This document shows, one piece after another, positions 1 to 9,086 of a stretch of DNA of 64,000 nucleotides. Positions within the stretch are counted from its first letter, which is position 1; every line of letters starts with the position of its first letter. The notes beneath the pieces were generated by a model that ran no database searches, was not told the origin of the DNA, and was given only the letters and a program-made list of their open reading frames with translations. This DNA comes from a virus, in IMG/VR virus record IMGVR_UViG_3300010883_000007, positions 32,001 through 96,000 of that record. The stretch is one strand, 5' to 3'. Made by a program: the position numbers and the translations under genes.

Positions 1-46
1 GTCGGAGTGCTTCGGCGATTGCATCATCATAAAGATTTTGACTCAT
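1..46 (-). CDS. 5' end of probable prohead scaffold/core protein (partial, runs off window)
   Basis: ATG at 46 with GAGGGAGG SD. Translates MSQNLYDDAIAEALR, similar to the 'L..EAIA.A..LR' N-terminus of scaffold proteins preceding the capsid gene in large T4-like phages. Candidate late promoter lies upstream. Confidence 0.55.
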   Translation of the reverse strand, partial: MSQNLYDDAIAEALR

Positions 47-74
47 AATCCTCCCTCTCACACGTATGTTGTGT

Positions 75-82
75 CTAAATAT
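75..82 (-). promoter_or_regulatory. Candidate late promoter ATATTTAG
   Basis: Same motif recurs upstream of structural genes at 6764, 8813, 19625 and 50618. Confidence 0.55.
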
Positions 83-85
83 GAT

Positions 86-328
86 TCAGCGCCTCAATTT
101 ATCTTTCGTAGGAGCACTCTTATTACTGTCTTCTTCTCTCTTACGTCGGGCTTTACTCTGCGCCCGCTTTCTTCGACGCTTCTGTCCCTTTGTCTCATGA
201 ACCAAGGTTTCCCTGTATTCCTGAACTATTCTTTCTTTCTTGCACTTTCGTACGAATAGCCTTATCAGCTGTTCAGAGGTTCGTATCTTTCCCCCAAGAT
301 GTACTGAAACATTTACTGGCTTGGCCAT
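86..328 (-). CDS. rpsU: Phage-encoded ribosomal protein bS21
   Basis: 80 aa, very basic. V.V....SEQLIRLFVRKCKKERIVQEYRETLVHETKGQKRRRKR matches the bS21 pattern (E.ALRRFKR...GIL.E.R.R..YEKPS..RKRK). Location in the head cluster is as known for phage bS21. Confidence 0.8.
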   Translation of the reverse strand: MAKPVNVSVHLGGKIRTSEQLIRLFVRKCKKERIVQEYRETLVHETKGQKRRRKRAQSKARRKREEDSNKSAPTKDKLRR

Positions 329-332
329 TTTC

Positions 333-869
333 TTACTTCGCGGTCCAAATCCCTGACTGGTAGGGATTATCCCAGACCCAGTCTAAAGGATCATGATCAT
401 TGTTGACCTCAAGCTCTTCAAGCTCATCGTCAATTTTAACAGGTGGAGGAGGTGATGCCCAGCCTCGAGTCGTTCCAGTTCGACGAGATGGACCTACAGT
501 TAAAGCTGTGTTCTCCACCTCACGAAGGACGTCGTCCGGTCTATCGAAACAATCAGAAAGTTTAGTGTTTCCGGCCGCGTAATAAAATGGAGTTGTGCCC
601 TTGAATGCCAGGGGGTCGCTGGCCGCGTAGGGACGATACTTCCTGCTGATTACTTTCCCTGAATCACCCAAGTCTAAATCGTCGAGATCTTCAAATTCAT
701 CAGGTGATTTATAGGGGAAGTGACTTCCTGTCTGCCTCGGCTTGAATAAACGATCGCTGGACCTGCCGTATCCCGAATCTGTATTCGCATCATGCTGATT
801 AAGGGCTCTGATCGATTCTCTCATAGACCAGCTATTGGTATTTAGCTGTCGTTGGTCTTGGTACGCCAA
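333..869 (-). CDS. Hypothetical protein (head cluster)
   Basis: 178-aa ORF in the co-directional operon; TTG start uncertain. Confidence 0.55.
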   Translation of the reverse strand: MAYQDQRQLNTNSWSMRESIRALNQHDANTDSGYGRSSDRLFKPRQTGSHFPYKSPDEFEDLDDLDLGDSGKVISRKYRPYAASDPLAFKGTTPFYYAAGNTKLSDCFDRPDDVLREVENTALTVGPSRRTGTTRGWASPPPPVKIDDELEELEVNNDHDPLDWVWDNPYQSGIWTAK

Positions 870-1423
870 GGTCTCGTCTGTATCTCTGTTGAGGTGTCAC
901 TCGGGTTCGTGAGGTCTGGGCCTGCGAATGGAGGCCTGGACGTCTTTGATGCTGTGAAGCTCTTAGTCGCTTCCCCATCCGGATTATCATCAGCATCACC
1001 GAAAGCAGGCGGTTGGAGATTGGGAATGTACGGACTTGCCAAGGGAGTAGCATCCTCTCCGGTAGTAGTCACAGCACTAACATTTGGCGCAGGAAACACC
1101 ATATCAGCACTGGAGGGGGTAAACTCATCAGACTTAGGCGCTGAGAATCCCCAGTAGCCTGCAGCGTCTGACCTGTCATTCCGCCCTGATACACTATTTG
1201 AAATTAGCTTAAGCTGCATCGAGCTTACATCATCTGGAGTATAACTTGGCTCACCCTCTGCACTTCCCAAAAGAGGAGAGTTGGGAAATCCCTTGCTTAG
1301 ACGAGACTTACTCGACTTAGCAAGACCAGCGCCCTCAACGTTTGTGGACTTAGCTGTTGGCGCTGGTCCCTGGAAGACCACTGTGCCATGGTTCATCTGT
1401 CCTCCGGCTGGTTGCTGAGCCAT
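842..1423 (-). CDS. Pro/Ser-rich hypothetical virion protein, paralog of 1429-1905
   Basis: Shares ordered motifs (L...FPNSP / APNV..V.T....LASPYIPN..PP) with the neighbouring gene. Confidence 0.7.
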   Translation of the reverse strand: MAQQPAGGQMNHGTVVFQGPAPTAKSTNVEGAGLAKSSKSRLSKGFPNSPLLGSAEGEPSYTPDDVSSMQLKLISNSVSGRNDRSDAAGYWGFSAPKSDEFTPSSADMVFPAPNVSAVTTTGEDATPLASPYIPNLQPPAFGDADDNPDGEATKSFTASKTSRPPFAGPDLTNPSDTSTEIQTRPWRTKTNDS

Positions 1424-1428
1424 TAGTA

Positions 1429-1905
1429 TTACTCAGCCGAGGACTTACCCAGAATATACGCCCCCAGGGTCTGACCGGAAATCTTCTCAGAAGACGCCTT
1501 GGGCTGCAATTGTGAACCAACGCCTGAACCCCAAGTATCTGAGGGCTTTTGGCCCCAACCGTCCGGAGGGTCAGCTACATCAGCGGGGTTGTGGCTGCCA
1601 GGTCCAGGTGATACTGGGTTGGGAACGTGTGCGCTCCCTGGTAGTCCACCACCGCCAGTCTCAACATCGGCTAGATCAGGAGCATTAGTATAGGATGTAT
1701 CATACTCTCCAAACGTGTGGCCGCCGTCGTTGATTACAGCATCCAAGACATTCTCTTGGTACCACTGACGTCTCTCGTCATCGGTCATATCACCTAGCGC
1801 CATGGGAGAGGCAGGATAGGCTGTGCCCAGGTCATTGCTGGCCGAGCGTCCCATAAACCTCTCAGTGGGTGTGGACTCAACTGTTATTTGCTTGTGAGTA
1901 GGCAT
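1429..1905 (-). CDS. Gly/Pro-rich hypothetical virion protein
   Basis: 158 aa, AGGAG SD; motifs YPASP and APDLADVETGGGGLPGSAHVPNPVSPG. Confidence 0.7.
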   Translation of the reverse strand: MPTHKQITVESTPTERFMGRSASNDLGTAYPASPMALGDMTDDERRQWYQENVLDAVINDGGHTFGEYDTSYTNAPDLADVETGGGGLPGSAHVPNPVSPGPGSHNPADVADPPDGWGQKPSDTWGSGVGSQLQPKASSEKISGQTLGAYILGKSSAE

Positions 1906-1925
1906 CTCTTGATCTCCTTGTTATC

Positions 1926-2246
1926 CTACGAGAGGCGTCGAACAACTCGTGCCCGAAGCTGTCTCTTTGTCTCTTGAATTCTACGCAACTTTGAAGTGAG
2001 CTTTCTCTCCTGAATCTTGAGAGCTCGCATCCAATCAATATCCTTGGCAATAGTCTCGGCCTCGTCGCCGGCCTCTACCTCGTCGGGGTTAACCTTCTCA
2101 GGATCTTCAATACCTGCTTCTACAGGATCAGATGTCTCACGAATTCGACTTCGTCTTCGTCGTCGAGATCTTTCGAATTTAGACTTTTCCTCGAGGACCA
2201 TTCTCCTGAGGAGCGTGGGTGTCAGTCTTCTAACTCTTCGTGCCAT
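1926..2246 (-). CDS. Arg-rich small head-associated protein
   Basis: 106 aa, AGGAG SD; basic-acidic-basic layout; N-terminal RLT..LLRRMVLEE motif. Confidence 0.65.
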   Translation of the reverse strand: MARRVRRLTPTLLRRMVLEEKSKFERSRRRRRSRIRETSDPVEAGIEDPEKVNPDEVEAGDEAETIAKDIDWMRALKIQERKLTSKLRRIQETKRQLRARVVRRLS

Positions 2247-2330
2247 TTGTTGTATCTCCTACAATGATAAGCGTGTTCGCATATCATACATATCAAGTTC
2301 GCAAAAAATCTTCTGGTTCTAGATTAACCC

Positions 2331-2801
2331 TTAGGGCTTTTTTGAAGCGCCACCGAATGCCAGTGTCTCCCAATTCGATGCAGCACCCGAGAACGCTTCC
2401 ACATTGGAAACATCTCCCCCAGGTGCATCAAAAGCTTCTGTCATATCAGCGGTGGAGCCGGCGCTTCGAGGCGACCCAGCAGCGTTCTGCTCCTGAAGTG
2501 TTGTTCTCGCAGTATCCGCAAAAATATCTGCCATCATTGGATTAGTTGTTAGCTCACGGACAGCAGTGTTTACAGCATTGTCAAATTTCACACCGTCGAG
2601 ATCAGGATTCTCTGGGGTGTGGAGTGATCGATTCTCTTGGAGCCTACCACTTCTGCCGGAGACAGGGCTGACTGCCGGGGGTTCATGTCTCACTAGTGAC
2701 TCTCGAAGGACACTAGAGTTATCTGAAAGACCTTCAGCGAGAAGTTCTACCAGACACTCTTTTACCAACATTTTCAGATTAGCGCGCGTAAGCTTTGCCA
2801 T
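2331..2801 (-). CDS. Hypothetical head-associated protein
   Basis: 156 aa; N-terminal KLT..NLKMLVKECLVE; later segment MADIFADTARTTLQEQ. Confidence 0.7.
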   Translation of the reverse strand: MAKLTRANLKMLVKECLVELLAEGLSDNSSVLRESLVRHEPPAVSPVSGRSGRLQENRSLHTPENPDLDGVKFDNAVNTAVRELTTNPMMADIFADTARTTLQEQNAAGSPRSAGSTADMTEAFDAPGGDVSNVEAFSGAASNWETLAFGGASKKP

Positions 2802-2806
2802 TGATC

Positions 2807-3241
2807 TTAACCAACTCCATCAAAACCCTCTGAACCTGTGAGGTTCAGAAATGATCCCTTAGCAATATTTGTGATTCCTGCAATCAGTGAGAAATTAGTT
2901 GCTGCTCCGCTAGCCTTGATCCAGAGCTTGTCGCACTTGATCTCCAAGCGACCTGTCTCAGTTTTACCGGTGAGCGTGAAGAAGTTCTCTGTCTCTGCAC
3001 CGTTAAGACCATTCTGTGTAAAGCCAAAGCTTAGGGTCTGCGTTGCGTGATTATTTCTAAGCACAATAAACCGAGTAACTCTAGGGAACTCAATTAGCTG
3101 GACCGCTGTACTACACAGCGATGATGTGACAAACGGAAGGCAGGAACCCTGATACTCCGAAACAGAACCGTGGTGAGTAGGCGCCCATCCGGAGCCGCCG
3201 GCGCCAACATCGGATCGATCACCTGAATAATAATTTGCCAT
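2807..3241 (-). CDS. Small beta-rich putative virion protein
   Basis: 144 aa, GGAGG SD; beta-strand pattern (IEFPRVTRFIVLRN...LSFGF...LEIKCDKLWI). Confidence 0.65.
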   Translation of the reverse strand: MANYYSGDRSDVGAGGSGWAPTHHGSVSEYQGSCLPFVTSSLCSTAVQLIEFPRVTRFIVLRNNHATQTLSFGFTQNGLNGAETENFFTLTGKTETGRLEIKCDKLWIKASGAATNFSLIAGITNIAKGSFLNLTGSEGFDGVG

Positions 3242-3247
3242 TTCCTC

Positions 3248-3862
3248 CTACTCCTCCCACTGCAGTATGTCGTTGAATATTCTATCAATTCTATCAGACT
3301 TGGTAAAGTGGAACTTCAGATCGTGCTCGTTAACGATACGACCCTCCTTCATCATGAATGCCCCGGGAGTGGAAGGCTCGGACACAAAATCCCAGCATAT
3401 CAGCTGAAAGTCGTCCTGAACTACATCGTGGTCGCCCTCAGGCTTCGTCGAGCCAACGCCGCGACTTGAGATACCCAGTGTTATGCCTGACTCAACCAGG
3501 CTCTGCAGAATCTTTCCGCTTGGGGTGTCTAGAAGCTCGACGGATCCGAACACCACATCGCCTTCCATGTGGGCCTCGCGCACAATATGTGACGCGTTCT
3601 TAAGCTCCACAACGCTCGACTCTGGATGGTCACACTCTCCCAAAGCACGATTTTCTTGAATGAACTTCTGATAGTTCCTGACCTCACGTTCCAATATAGG
3701 AAGGGGATATAGCCTACCATTCTGGTTGAGAGTTCCTGCCTTCTGCAGAACACCCTTGAGAATGATCTTGCCGGCATTGGCACCCCTCGACTCTGTTATC
3801 ATCTCCTGGGTGTACTTGAACGGTACCCACTCAGTGAGTAGTTTTAGTTTTGTATTACTCAT
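3248..3862 (-). CDS. Prohead maturation protease (T4 gp21-like)
   Basis: Motifs N.NGRLYP, ALGECDHP, ASH, GISSRGVGS, DFVSEPSTPGA. Confidence 0.95.
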   Translation of the reverse strand: MSNTKLKLLTEWVPFKYTQEMITESRGANAGKIILKGVLQKAGTLNQNGRLYPLPILEREVRNYQKFIQENRALGECDHPESSVVELKNASHIVREAHMEGDVVFGSVELLDTPSGKILQSLVESGITLGISSRGVGSTKPEGDHDVVQDDFQLICWDFVSEPSTPGAFMMKEGRIVNEHDLKFHFTKSDRIDRIFNDILQWEE

Positions 3863-4703
3863 CTTCGCCCTCCATTATCTCATGCCCCAGTTGAGCCAGG
3901 ACCAGGAATCGAGAGATGCCTGTGTCAGACATCTCGTTTAGATCTAGGGTAGTTATTTTTTCCCTAACCTCAGGAATTTTCGCTAGAAGTATCTTATTAC
4001 TACACTCGCGCGCGTAGCTACTGAGTCCTCTTAGAAGCTCATCCTTTTGACGCGTTAGCATGCCTCTCACGATATCGTCCCGGCCGGGTGACTTCGAAAA
4101 TGCATACTCCTGGATAATCTCCTTCTGGGCACTGGTTAACGACCTTCCGTACTTTTGATTGAACTTGTCTGTCATTATCTTCACAGTAAGGGGATTAACA
4201 CCTGGTGTCTTGAGCTCGTCAATTGATCTTGTGGGGTTATCTGTTAACAGCCACTCATGAATCTTTCTCTCATAGTCAATCACTCGGCCCAGACGGAGGT
4301 CGGCTCGCCAGTCATTAAGTAGTGTCTGGATTGTTGCGTACGTTCGGTATCCCTCAACTCGTGTCTTGTAAAAGTTCTTATCGTTCAGTGTGTGATTGAT
4401 ATCCCTTACAAGCGCTGCCTTTTCCTGCCGAAGTTTAAGCGCGTCGTGGTCCTTCGCAGCTTCCTTTGCTTCAGTGAGGATTCGTGTTGCTAGGGACTCA
4501 GAGGGAACAGTGGTTTTCACTAGTGCATTAAACAGCCTAAATTCTCGATAGAGTTGACTGTCTCGATCGAAATGGCGGCGAAGAATGCCCATTATCTTAT
4601 CAGCTTTCTGAGTGTCTCCTGCAACTAGTGCTTCAGAGACACGTCGCACCAACTGCTCGTATATGATACCAACATTTCTCTTTTTGTTGTGCGTCTTACT
4701 CAT
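3855..4703 (-). CDS. Conserved helical hypothetical protein between portal and protease
   Basis: 282 aa, N-terminal HNKKRNVGIIYEQL; overlaps both neighbours, suggesting translational coupling. Confidence 0.75.
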   Translation of the reverse strand: MSKTHNKKRNVGIIYEQLVRRVSEALVAGDTQKADKIMGILRRHFDRDSQLYREFRLFNALVKTTVPSESLATRILTEAKEAAKDHDALKLRQEKAALVRDINHTLNDKNFYKTRVEGYRTYATIQTLLNDWRADLRLGRVIDYERKIHEWLLTDNPTRSIDELKTPGVNPLTVKIMTDKFNQKYGRSLTSAQKEIIQEYAFSKSPGRDDIVRGMLTRQKDELLRGLSSYARECSNKILLAKIPEVREKITTLDLNEMSDTGISRFLVLAQLGHEIMEGEDE

Positions 4704-6744
4704 CGTCTCCTTGACTCCTTAGCTCTTCTATATCAACTTCGACGGTCTCTTCAGGATCCTCGTGTGGTATTACACCCTCTGCTTCTGTAAGTATTCCCGC
4801 GCGGTCAATACCTATTGCGCTTTGAAACTTACCTAGTATCGCCGACATCTCCCGGGTCATTTTAGTACGCTGCTCAATTTTTTTATCTAGGAAATCGTCG
4901 ATAAACTCATTCTTTGGAAGCAACCCCTCGCCGAACGGGTTTTTGAGAAAGTCATCATCGAAAGGCTTATTGGACGTGTCCTGTCTGCGTCCTGAGCGTC
5001 CAGAAGATGTCATCTTCCCAAAGTCAGGCATGTGGGTACTTTCCGGGCCTGAGGTTACCTTTCGACTCTTGGTGATGGGCTCATTGAAAATATTGCGTAT
5101 CTGATTCTGGGCCTTTGCGGGTGCCTCGAGATCCTTAATGGAGAAACTCAGATTTATCTCATCATCCTCATCCTGTTCATCATCCTCATCCTCATCCTCA
5201 TCCTGTTCTCCAGTGCCAGGAAGCGCTGTCAGTAGCTGGCCCTCGGGCTGGTCTGCTGCGAAGAGGCCTCCGGCATCCTCGCCTCCGGCATCCTCGCCTC
5301 CGGTGTCCTCGCCTCCGGGTGGAGCTCCCGCTGATGCTGCCTCTGCTCCGCCGGCTTCGACCTCCGCGTCTTCTTTAGCGTCAGCAATCTTCTCCTCGAC
5401 GAGGTTCTCAATCTCTGTTGGAGTTAGCTCTAGAATATTCTTGCGAATCCATGATCGGCTAACCAAGCCCTCCGGCGCTGTGCCGGCGATCTCAAACCTT
5501 GATCGAATAAGCTCTAACTTCTGCTGCTGTGCGATTGACGATGGATTAGAGAGCTTTATCTGGAAGTCGACAAGGTCTTCCCCCTCGTATCCGTGAGCAT
5601 ACAGGTGGATCACAGCTAGCTTATTGAGCTCCGAGATGATTGTCTTCTGTATCCGGTGAATCGTACGAGAGAATCTTATATCTTCTTGAGCAAGCGTCGC
5701 CTTAGCACCTACATCCTCATCATATCCAAGATATGCTCTAGGGATCTTGAGGGCAGCGAAAAGCTTCTTCTGAATGTACTCTACATCCTCAATTGCGGCG
5801 GTGTTTGAACCTCCAGCCAGAGTGTCGATTTTTGTTCCTGACTCTCCCCCTCGTACGGGAAGAAAATAGTCCTCATCCACACTAAGGGGATTGTACCTCA
5901 GGTCGACTTTGCCCGTATCCTTGTCAATTATCTGATTCCTCTTGAGGGCAGTCTTTGCCTGCTCGAGGTAGTTCGCAACATCCTCAGGTGGAACATTTCC
6001 CACGTCGATATAGAAGACACGCCGTTCCGGGGCGCGAATCACCCTGTACACCAGCATCGCGTCCTCTATGAGGATTAGCTGGCGCCAAATCCGCCGCGCG
6101 GCTTCAAGGACCGACGAACCGTATGGTAGGAAGGTGTCATTACCCAGAAGACGGAAGTGAGTAAGCTGCCAGTTCTCTAGGATCTGATTTCCCTGTGTTA
6201 TCCATCGAAAGCGCACAGCAGCGGGGTCGTTGGGATCAAAGCCTTCCTCTCGTTCAATCTCATTAATTGATATGGGAAAGGCATTGATGACTCCGAATTC
6301 AGGTGAGATATCGTTAAAGAGAAAGAAGTCCCCATATTTGCAGAGGTTTCTAACCCACATCGACAGGTTAAACTCGATGTTCAGAGTCTCATAGAAAAGG
6401 GCATCGAGAATTTCCTGTATCTTTCTGTTCTCAGAGTAAACGTGTAGAACTTGTCCCTTTGCGTCTGGGGAACACGACTCCTCAGAGTAGATATCGAGGG
6501 CTGCAGCAATCTCGGGAGTCGACTCCATCTCACTGAAATCGGCGTACCTCGACATTCGATCGAATGCACCGTACGATGATATCGTGCTGTTATAGACATC
6601 ACTGTGAGCACGCTTGAAGACCTCCAGCGCGGTGGAGGTGTGGGGCGTTGTCTGCTTGAATCCCTTGACCCTTCGCTTAATGATCGGTCCGGATCGAAAA
6701 AGCTTTGTGAGCCTAACGAAGAGATTTGTATTCTTTCCAGCCAT
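4696..6744 (-). CDS. Portal protein (T4 gp20-like) with long acidic C-terminal extension
   Basis: Motifs EDAMLVYRVIRAPERRVFYIDVGN, EDYFLPVRGG, IDTLAGG, DVEYIQKKLFAALKIP. Confidence 0.95.
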   Translation of the reverse strand: MAGKNTNLFVRLTKLFRSGPIIKRRVKGFKQTTPHTSTALEVFKRAHSDVYNSTISSYGAFDRMSRYADFSEMESTPEIAAALDIYSEESCSPDAKGQVLHVYSENRKIQEILDALFYETLNIEFNLSMWVRNLCKYGDFFLFNDISPEFGVINAFPISINEIEREEGFDPNDPAAVRFRWITQGNQILENWQLTHFRLLGNDTFLPYGSSVLEAARRIWRQLILIEDAMLVYRVIRAPERRVFYIDVGNVPPEDVANYLEQAKTALKRNQIIDKDTGKVDLRYNPLSVDEDYFLPVRGGESGTKIDTLAGGSNTAAIEDVEYIQKKLFAALKIPRAYLGYDEDVGAKATLAQEDIRFSRTIHRIQKTIISELNKLAVIHLYAHGYEGEDLVDFQIKLSNPSSIAQQQKLELIRSRFEIAGTAPEGLVSRSWIRKNILELTPTEIENLVEEKIADAKEDAEVEAGGAEAASAGAPPGGEDTGGEDAGGEDAGGLFAADQPEGQLLTALPGTGEQDEDEDEDDEQDEDDEINLSFSIKDLEAPAKAQNQIRNIFNEPITKSRKVTSGPESTHMPDFGKMTSSGRSGRRQDTSNKPFDDDFLKNPFGEGLLPKNEFIDDFLDKKIEQRTKMTREMSAILGKFQSAIGIDRAGILTEAEGVIPHEDPEETVEVDIEELRSQGDDE
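5159..5318 (+). repeat. In-frame tandem repeats in the portal tail: TCA/TCC triplet run (Asp/Glu) and 15-bp GCCTCCGGCATCCTC x3
   Basis: 5159-5207 encodes EQDEDEDEDDEQDEDDE. 5266-5318 is three copies plus a partial copy of a 15-mer encoding GGED(A/T). Confidence 0.85.
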
Positions 6745-6763
6745 CTTCTATTACCTTTATTCC

Positions 6764-6771
6764 CTAAGTAG
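6764..6771 (-). promoter_or_regulatory. Candidate late promoter CTACTTAG upstream of portal
   Basis: Intergenic; a TATAAT lies immediately upstream. Confidence 0.5.
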
Positions 6772-6800
6772 GATTATATTCATAGAGAAAAATCCTTAAA

Positions 6801-8396
6801 CTAGAGAAGCCAGCCCAGGTCGCCCATGGGATGGTTACTTCCTGAGACAGGCATCTCGCCAATATGAAATGGTTTGAACGGATTAAATGAATTATTTTCC
6901 CAGGGTGTGGGACTGTCCCGCTCCATCTCGCGCGCGTTCACGTCGAACCCATCCAGCATAGCTTTATTCAGATCATACGCGTGTTTACTGTGAACAGGGG
7001 ACGTGTCATATAGCCAGACCCCGATGGCCAGCGACATTATGAGGTCGTCATTTCTTCCCTTCTGGGCTTGGGCCTTGTTCCCCCTCCAGATAAATGTCTT
7101 AGCCTCTTCATAGAGTCTGGATGAGTATGATCGAATCTCTCTATTCCTCACCACCTGCTCGAGCTTAGTCAGGATCTGATTTCTAGTGTGTCCGGAAGTT
7201 GTGAACCCTATCTTGTAAAGATCAGGCTCCCCCAACCCGTACATCGCAGAGAACTTGTCCTTCTCGTTCTTGTAATATAGATTACTGTACTCTAGCTCTC
7301 GAAGCTTCATGACAACAGCATAACCGTATGTGTTATTCTCCGGACAAAGAAGCGCATTATTATACCGCTTGCCGGCCTCCGCGAGGAGAGTCGCGAACTG
7401 ATCAGGTGGAATCTTTCCCTTAAACTCTGCAACAATCTCCGACTCGCCTGTATCAATTACATGAAACGCGCTATAATCACCGGAGTCGCCGCGAGAGACA
7501 TCTGCAGAGATAATGTACTGGTGGTCACTGAGACTATATTTCCAAACCCAGACACCCATGCTGGGACCCCAACGCTCTATAGGTGTTCGAATCGATGACC
7601 CCAACCACTCAATATCCTCATTGTTGAGGACAGTATCACCGGATGCTGCAAAATCGCACAGAAGTTCCTGAGCTATCTGTTTCTTGCTTAGATTTCGACA
7701 CTCATTCGAGAACCACTCATGATCTCGTTCTGGGTGCACATCCCATGGCAGTCTGGTGGGATAAAACTTATTCTCACCTGCTGTAGCATTTATCCAGAGG
7801 TCATGGTACTGTCCACCCACCCCATTAGGTGTTGATAGAATTATGGCCCGGCCGCCAGTAGACAACGTGGGATACAAACCCGTAAATAGCTCATCAAAAT
7901 TACGAATGAATGCTGCCTCATCCACAATTAGCAGAGAGAGCGCCTCGGAGCGGCCGGCATCGTCGGAGGTTGGAACTGCCTTGATTATGGATCCGTTGCT
8001 AAACTCCACTGCCTGTTTATTATTACCAATAATTTCTGGGAGGAGCAACCACTTCGGCATGCTTCGAAGGGCCACTTTGACCTTACGAATGAAGTTCTGG
8101 GCCACTGAGAGTTTTGTGGCAATAATCAGAACGTTCTTGTCCTTGTAGTAGACAGCCAACCAGACAGCATACGCGGCGGTCAGGGTCGAGATACCCAACT
8201 GCCTGGACTTTAGAATCACATTAAATCTGTGATTCACAAAGTCATGAAGGCACTCATCCTGAAAAGGGTAGGTGTCGAAATTTATGAGACCGCGGGTCGG
8301 GTGCTGGATCTTGAGATAGCGATTGCTAAAATAAACGGGATCCTTACCACACTTGATAATTTCCTTGATCTGACGCTGCTTTGATATCGGTGCCAT
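6801..8396 (-). CDS. terL: Terminase large subunit (T4 gp17-like)
   Basis: Walker A LKSRQLGIST, Walker B LLIVDEAAF, STPNG coupling motif, nuclease motifs ADVSRGDSGDYS and DDLIMSL. Confidence 0.95.
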   Translation of the reverse strand: MAPISKQRQIKEIIKCGKDPVYFSNRYLKIQHPTRGLINFDTYPFQDECLHDFVNHRFNVILKSRQLGISTLTAAYAVWLAVYYKDKNVLIIATKLSVAQNFIRKVKVALRSMPKWLLLPEIIGNNKQAVEFSNGSIIKAVPTSDDAGRSEALSLLIVDEAAFIRNFDELFTGLYPTLSTGGRAIILSTPNGVGGQYHDLWINATAGENKFYPTRLPWDVHPERDHEWFSNECRNLSKKQIAQELLCDFAASGDTVLNNEDIEWLGSSIRTPIERWGPSMGVWVWKYSLSDHQYIISADVSRGDSGDYSAFHVIDTGESEIVAEFKGKIPPDQFATLLAEAGKRYNNALLCPENNTYGYAVVMKLRELEYSNLYYKNEKDKFSAMYGLGEPDLYKIGFTTSGHTRNQILTKLEQVVRNREIRSYSSRLYEEAKTFIWRGNKAQAQKGRNDDLIMSLAIGVWLYDTSPVHSKHAYDLNKAMLDGFDVNAREMERDSPTPWENNSFNPFKPFHIGEMPVSGSNHPMGDLGWLL

Positions 8397-8405
8397 TGTC
8401 CTGAT

Positions 8406-8786
8406 CTAGTTAAGAATCTGTAACCAGTGATCACGTCTGTAGTAAGCCACTCGACGAGGAGAGTGTACAGTTCCCGATACCATCTCGACGTTGTCTCTAC
8501 TATTGATCTCTTTTACCTTAAGGGCCTCGCCGGTGATATCCTTAAAAGCCGCTTTAACCTCTTTTAACTTGTCACCTAAAAGTTGCACAGACTCCTGTGT
8601 AACCCTATCTACCTGTAGTCTCAAACTTTGCTCCTCTGCGAAGTGGACAACAGCTACAAACTTAAGGACGAGCATATCGCCGTTCATGCTGTGGGTTATC
8701 GAAGTTGCACCTGATGGGCTTCCTTCGCGACCGAATGTGTTTGTCAGAACACTTCCAATTGCTTCAACGTGTTTCGCGCTTAACAT
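8406..8786 (-). CDS. Hypothetical protein
   Basis: 126 aa, GGAGG SD, candidate late promoter directly upstream. Confidence 0.7.
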   Translation of the reverse strand: MLSAKHVEAIGSVLTNTFGREGSPSGATSITHSMNGDMLVLKFVAVVHFAEEQSLRLQVDRVTQESVQLLGDKLKEVKAAFKDITGEALKVKEINSRDNVEMVSGTVHSPRRVAYYRRDHWLQILN

Positions 8787-8804
8787 AGTTGCCTCCGTTG
8801 CTAG

Positions 8805-9086
8805 TCACTTTACTAAATATGACGGATGATCACTGAGATCTCGTCGTCGGTTGATAATTTCTTTCTCAGAGGGTCGCCAGCCAGTATTCCATCGACCCAT
8901 ATTGGGCTGGACGAAGTGCAACTCACAGTCCCGGCAGCACTCAACCCTATAATATGCCCTTACGTCATCTGTATCTCTCAATGCTAACTCACACACAGGA
9001 CAATCAAGGGGTACCCAATCGGTGTCTGCGTCGGCCTCGGCGATAAGAAACCCCTGATCGTGAACTCTGGTCCTTGACTCACTCAC
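8805..9086 (-). CDS. Small Cys-rich (CPVC...CCRDC) putative Zn-binding protein
   Basis: Two CxxC pairs. The likely start is the GTG overlapping the upstream stop rather than 9125. Confidence 0.55.
   Translation of the reverse strand: MSESRTRVHDQGFLIAEADADTDWVPLDCPVCELALRDTDDVRAYYRVECCRDCELHFVQPNMGRWNTGWRPSEKEIINRRRDLSDHPSYLVK
8813..8820 (-). promoter_or_regulatory. Candidate late promoter ATATTTAG upstream of the terminase operon
   Basis: Identical to the copy at 75-82; 26 nt before the ATG at 8786. Confidence 0.55.
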
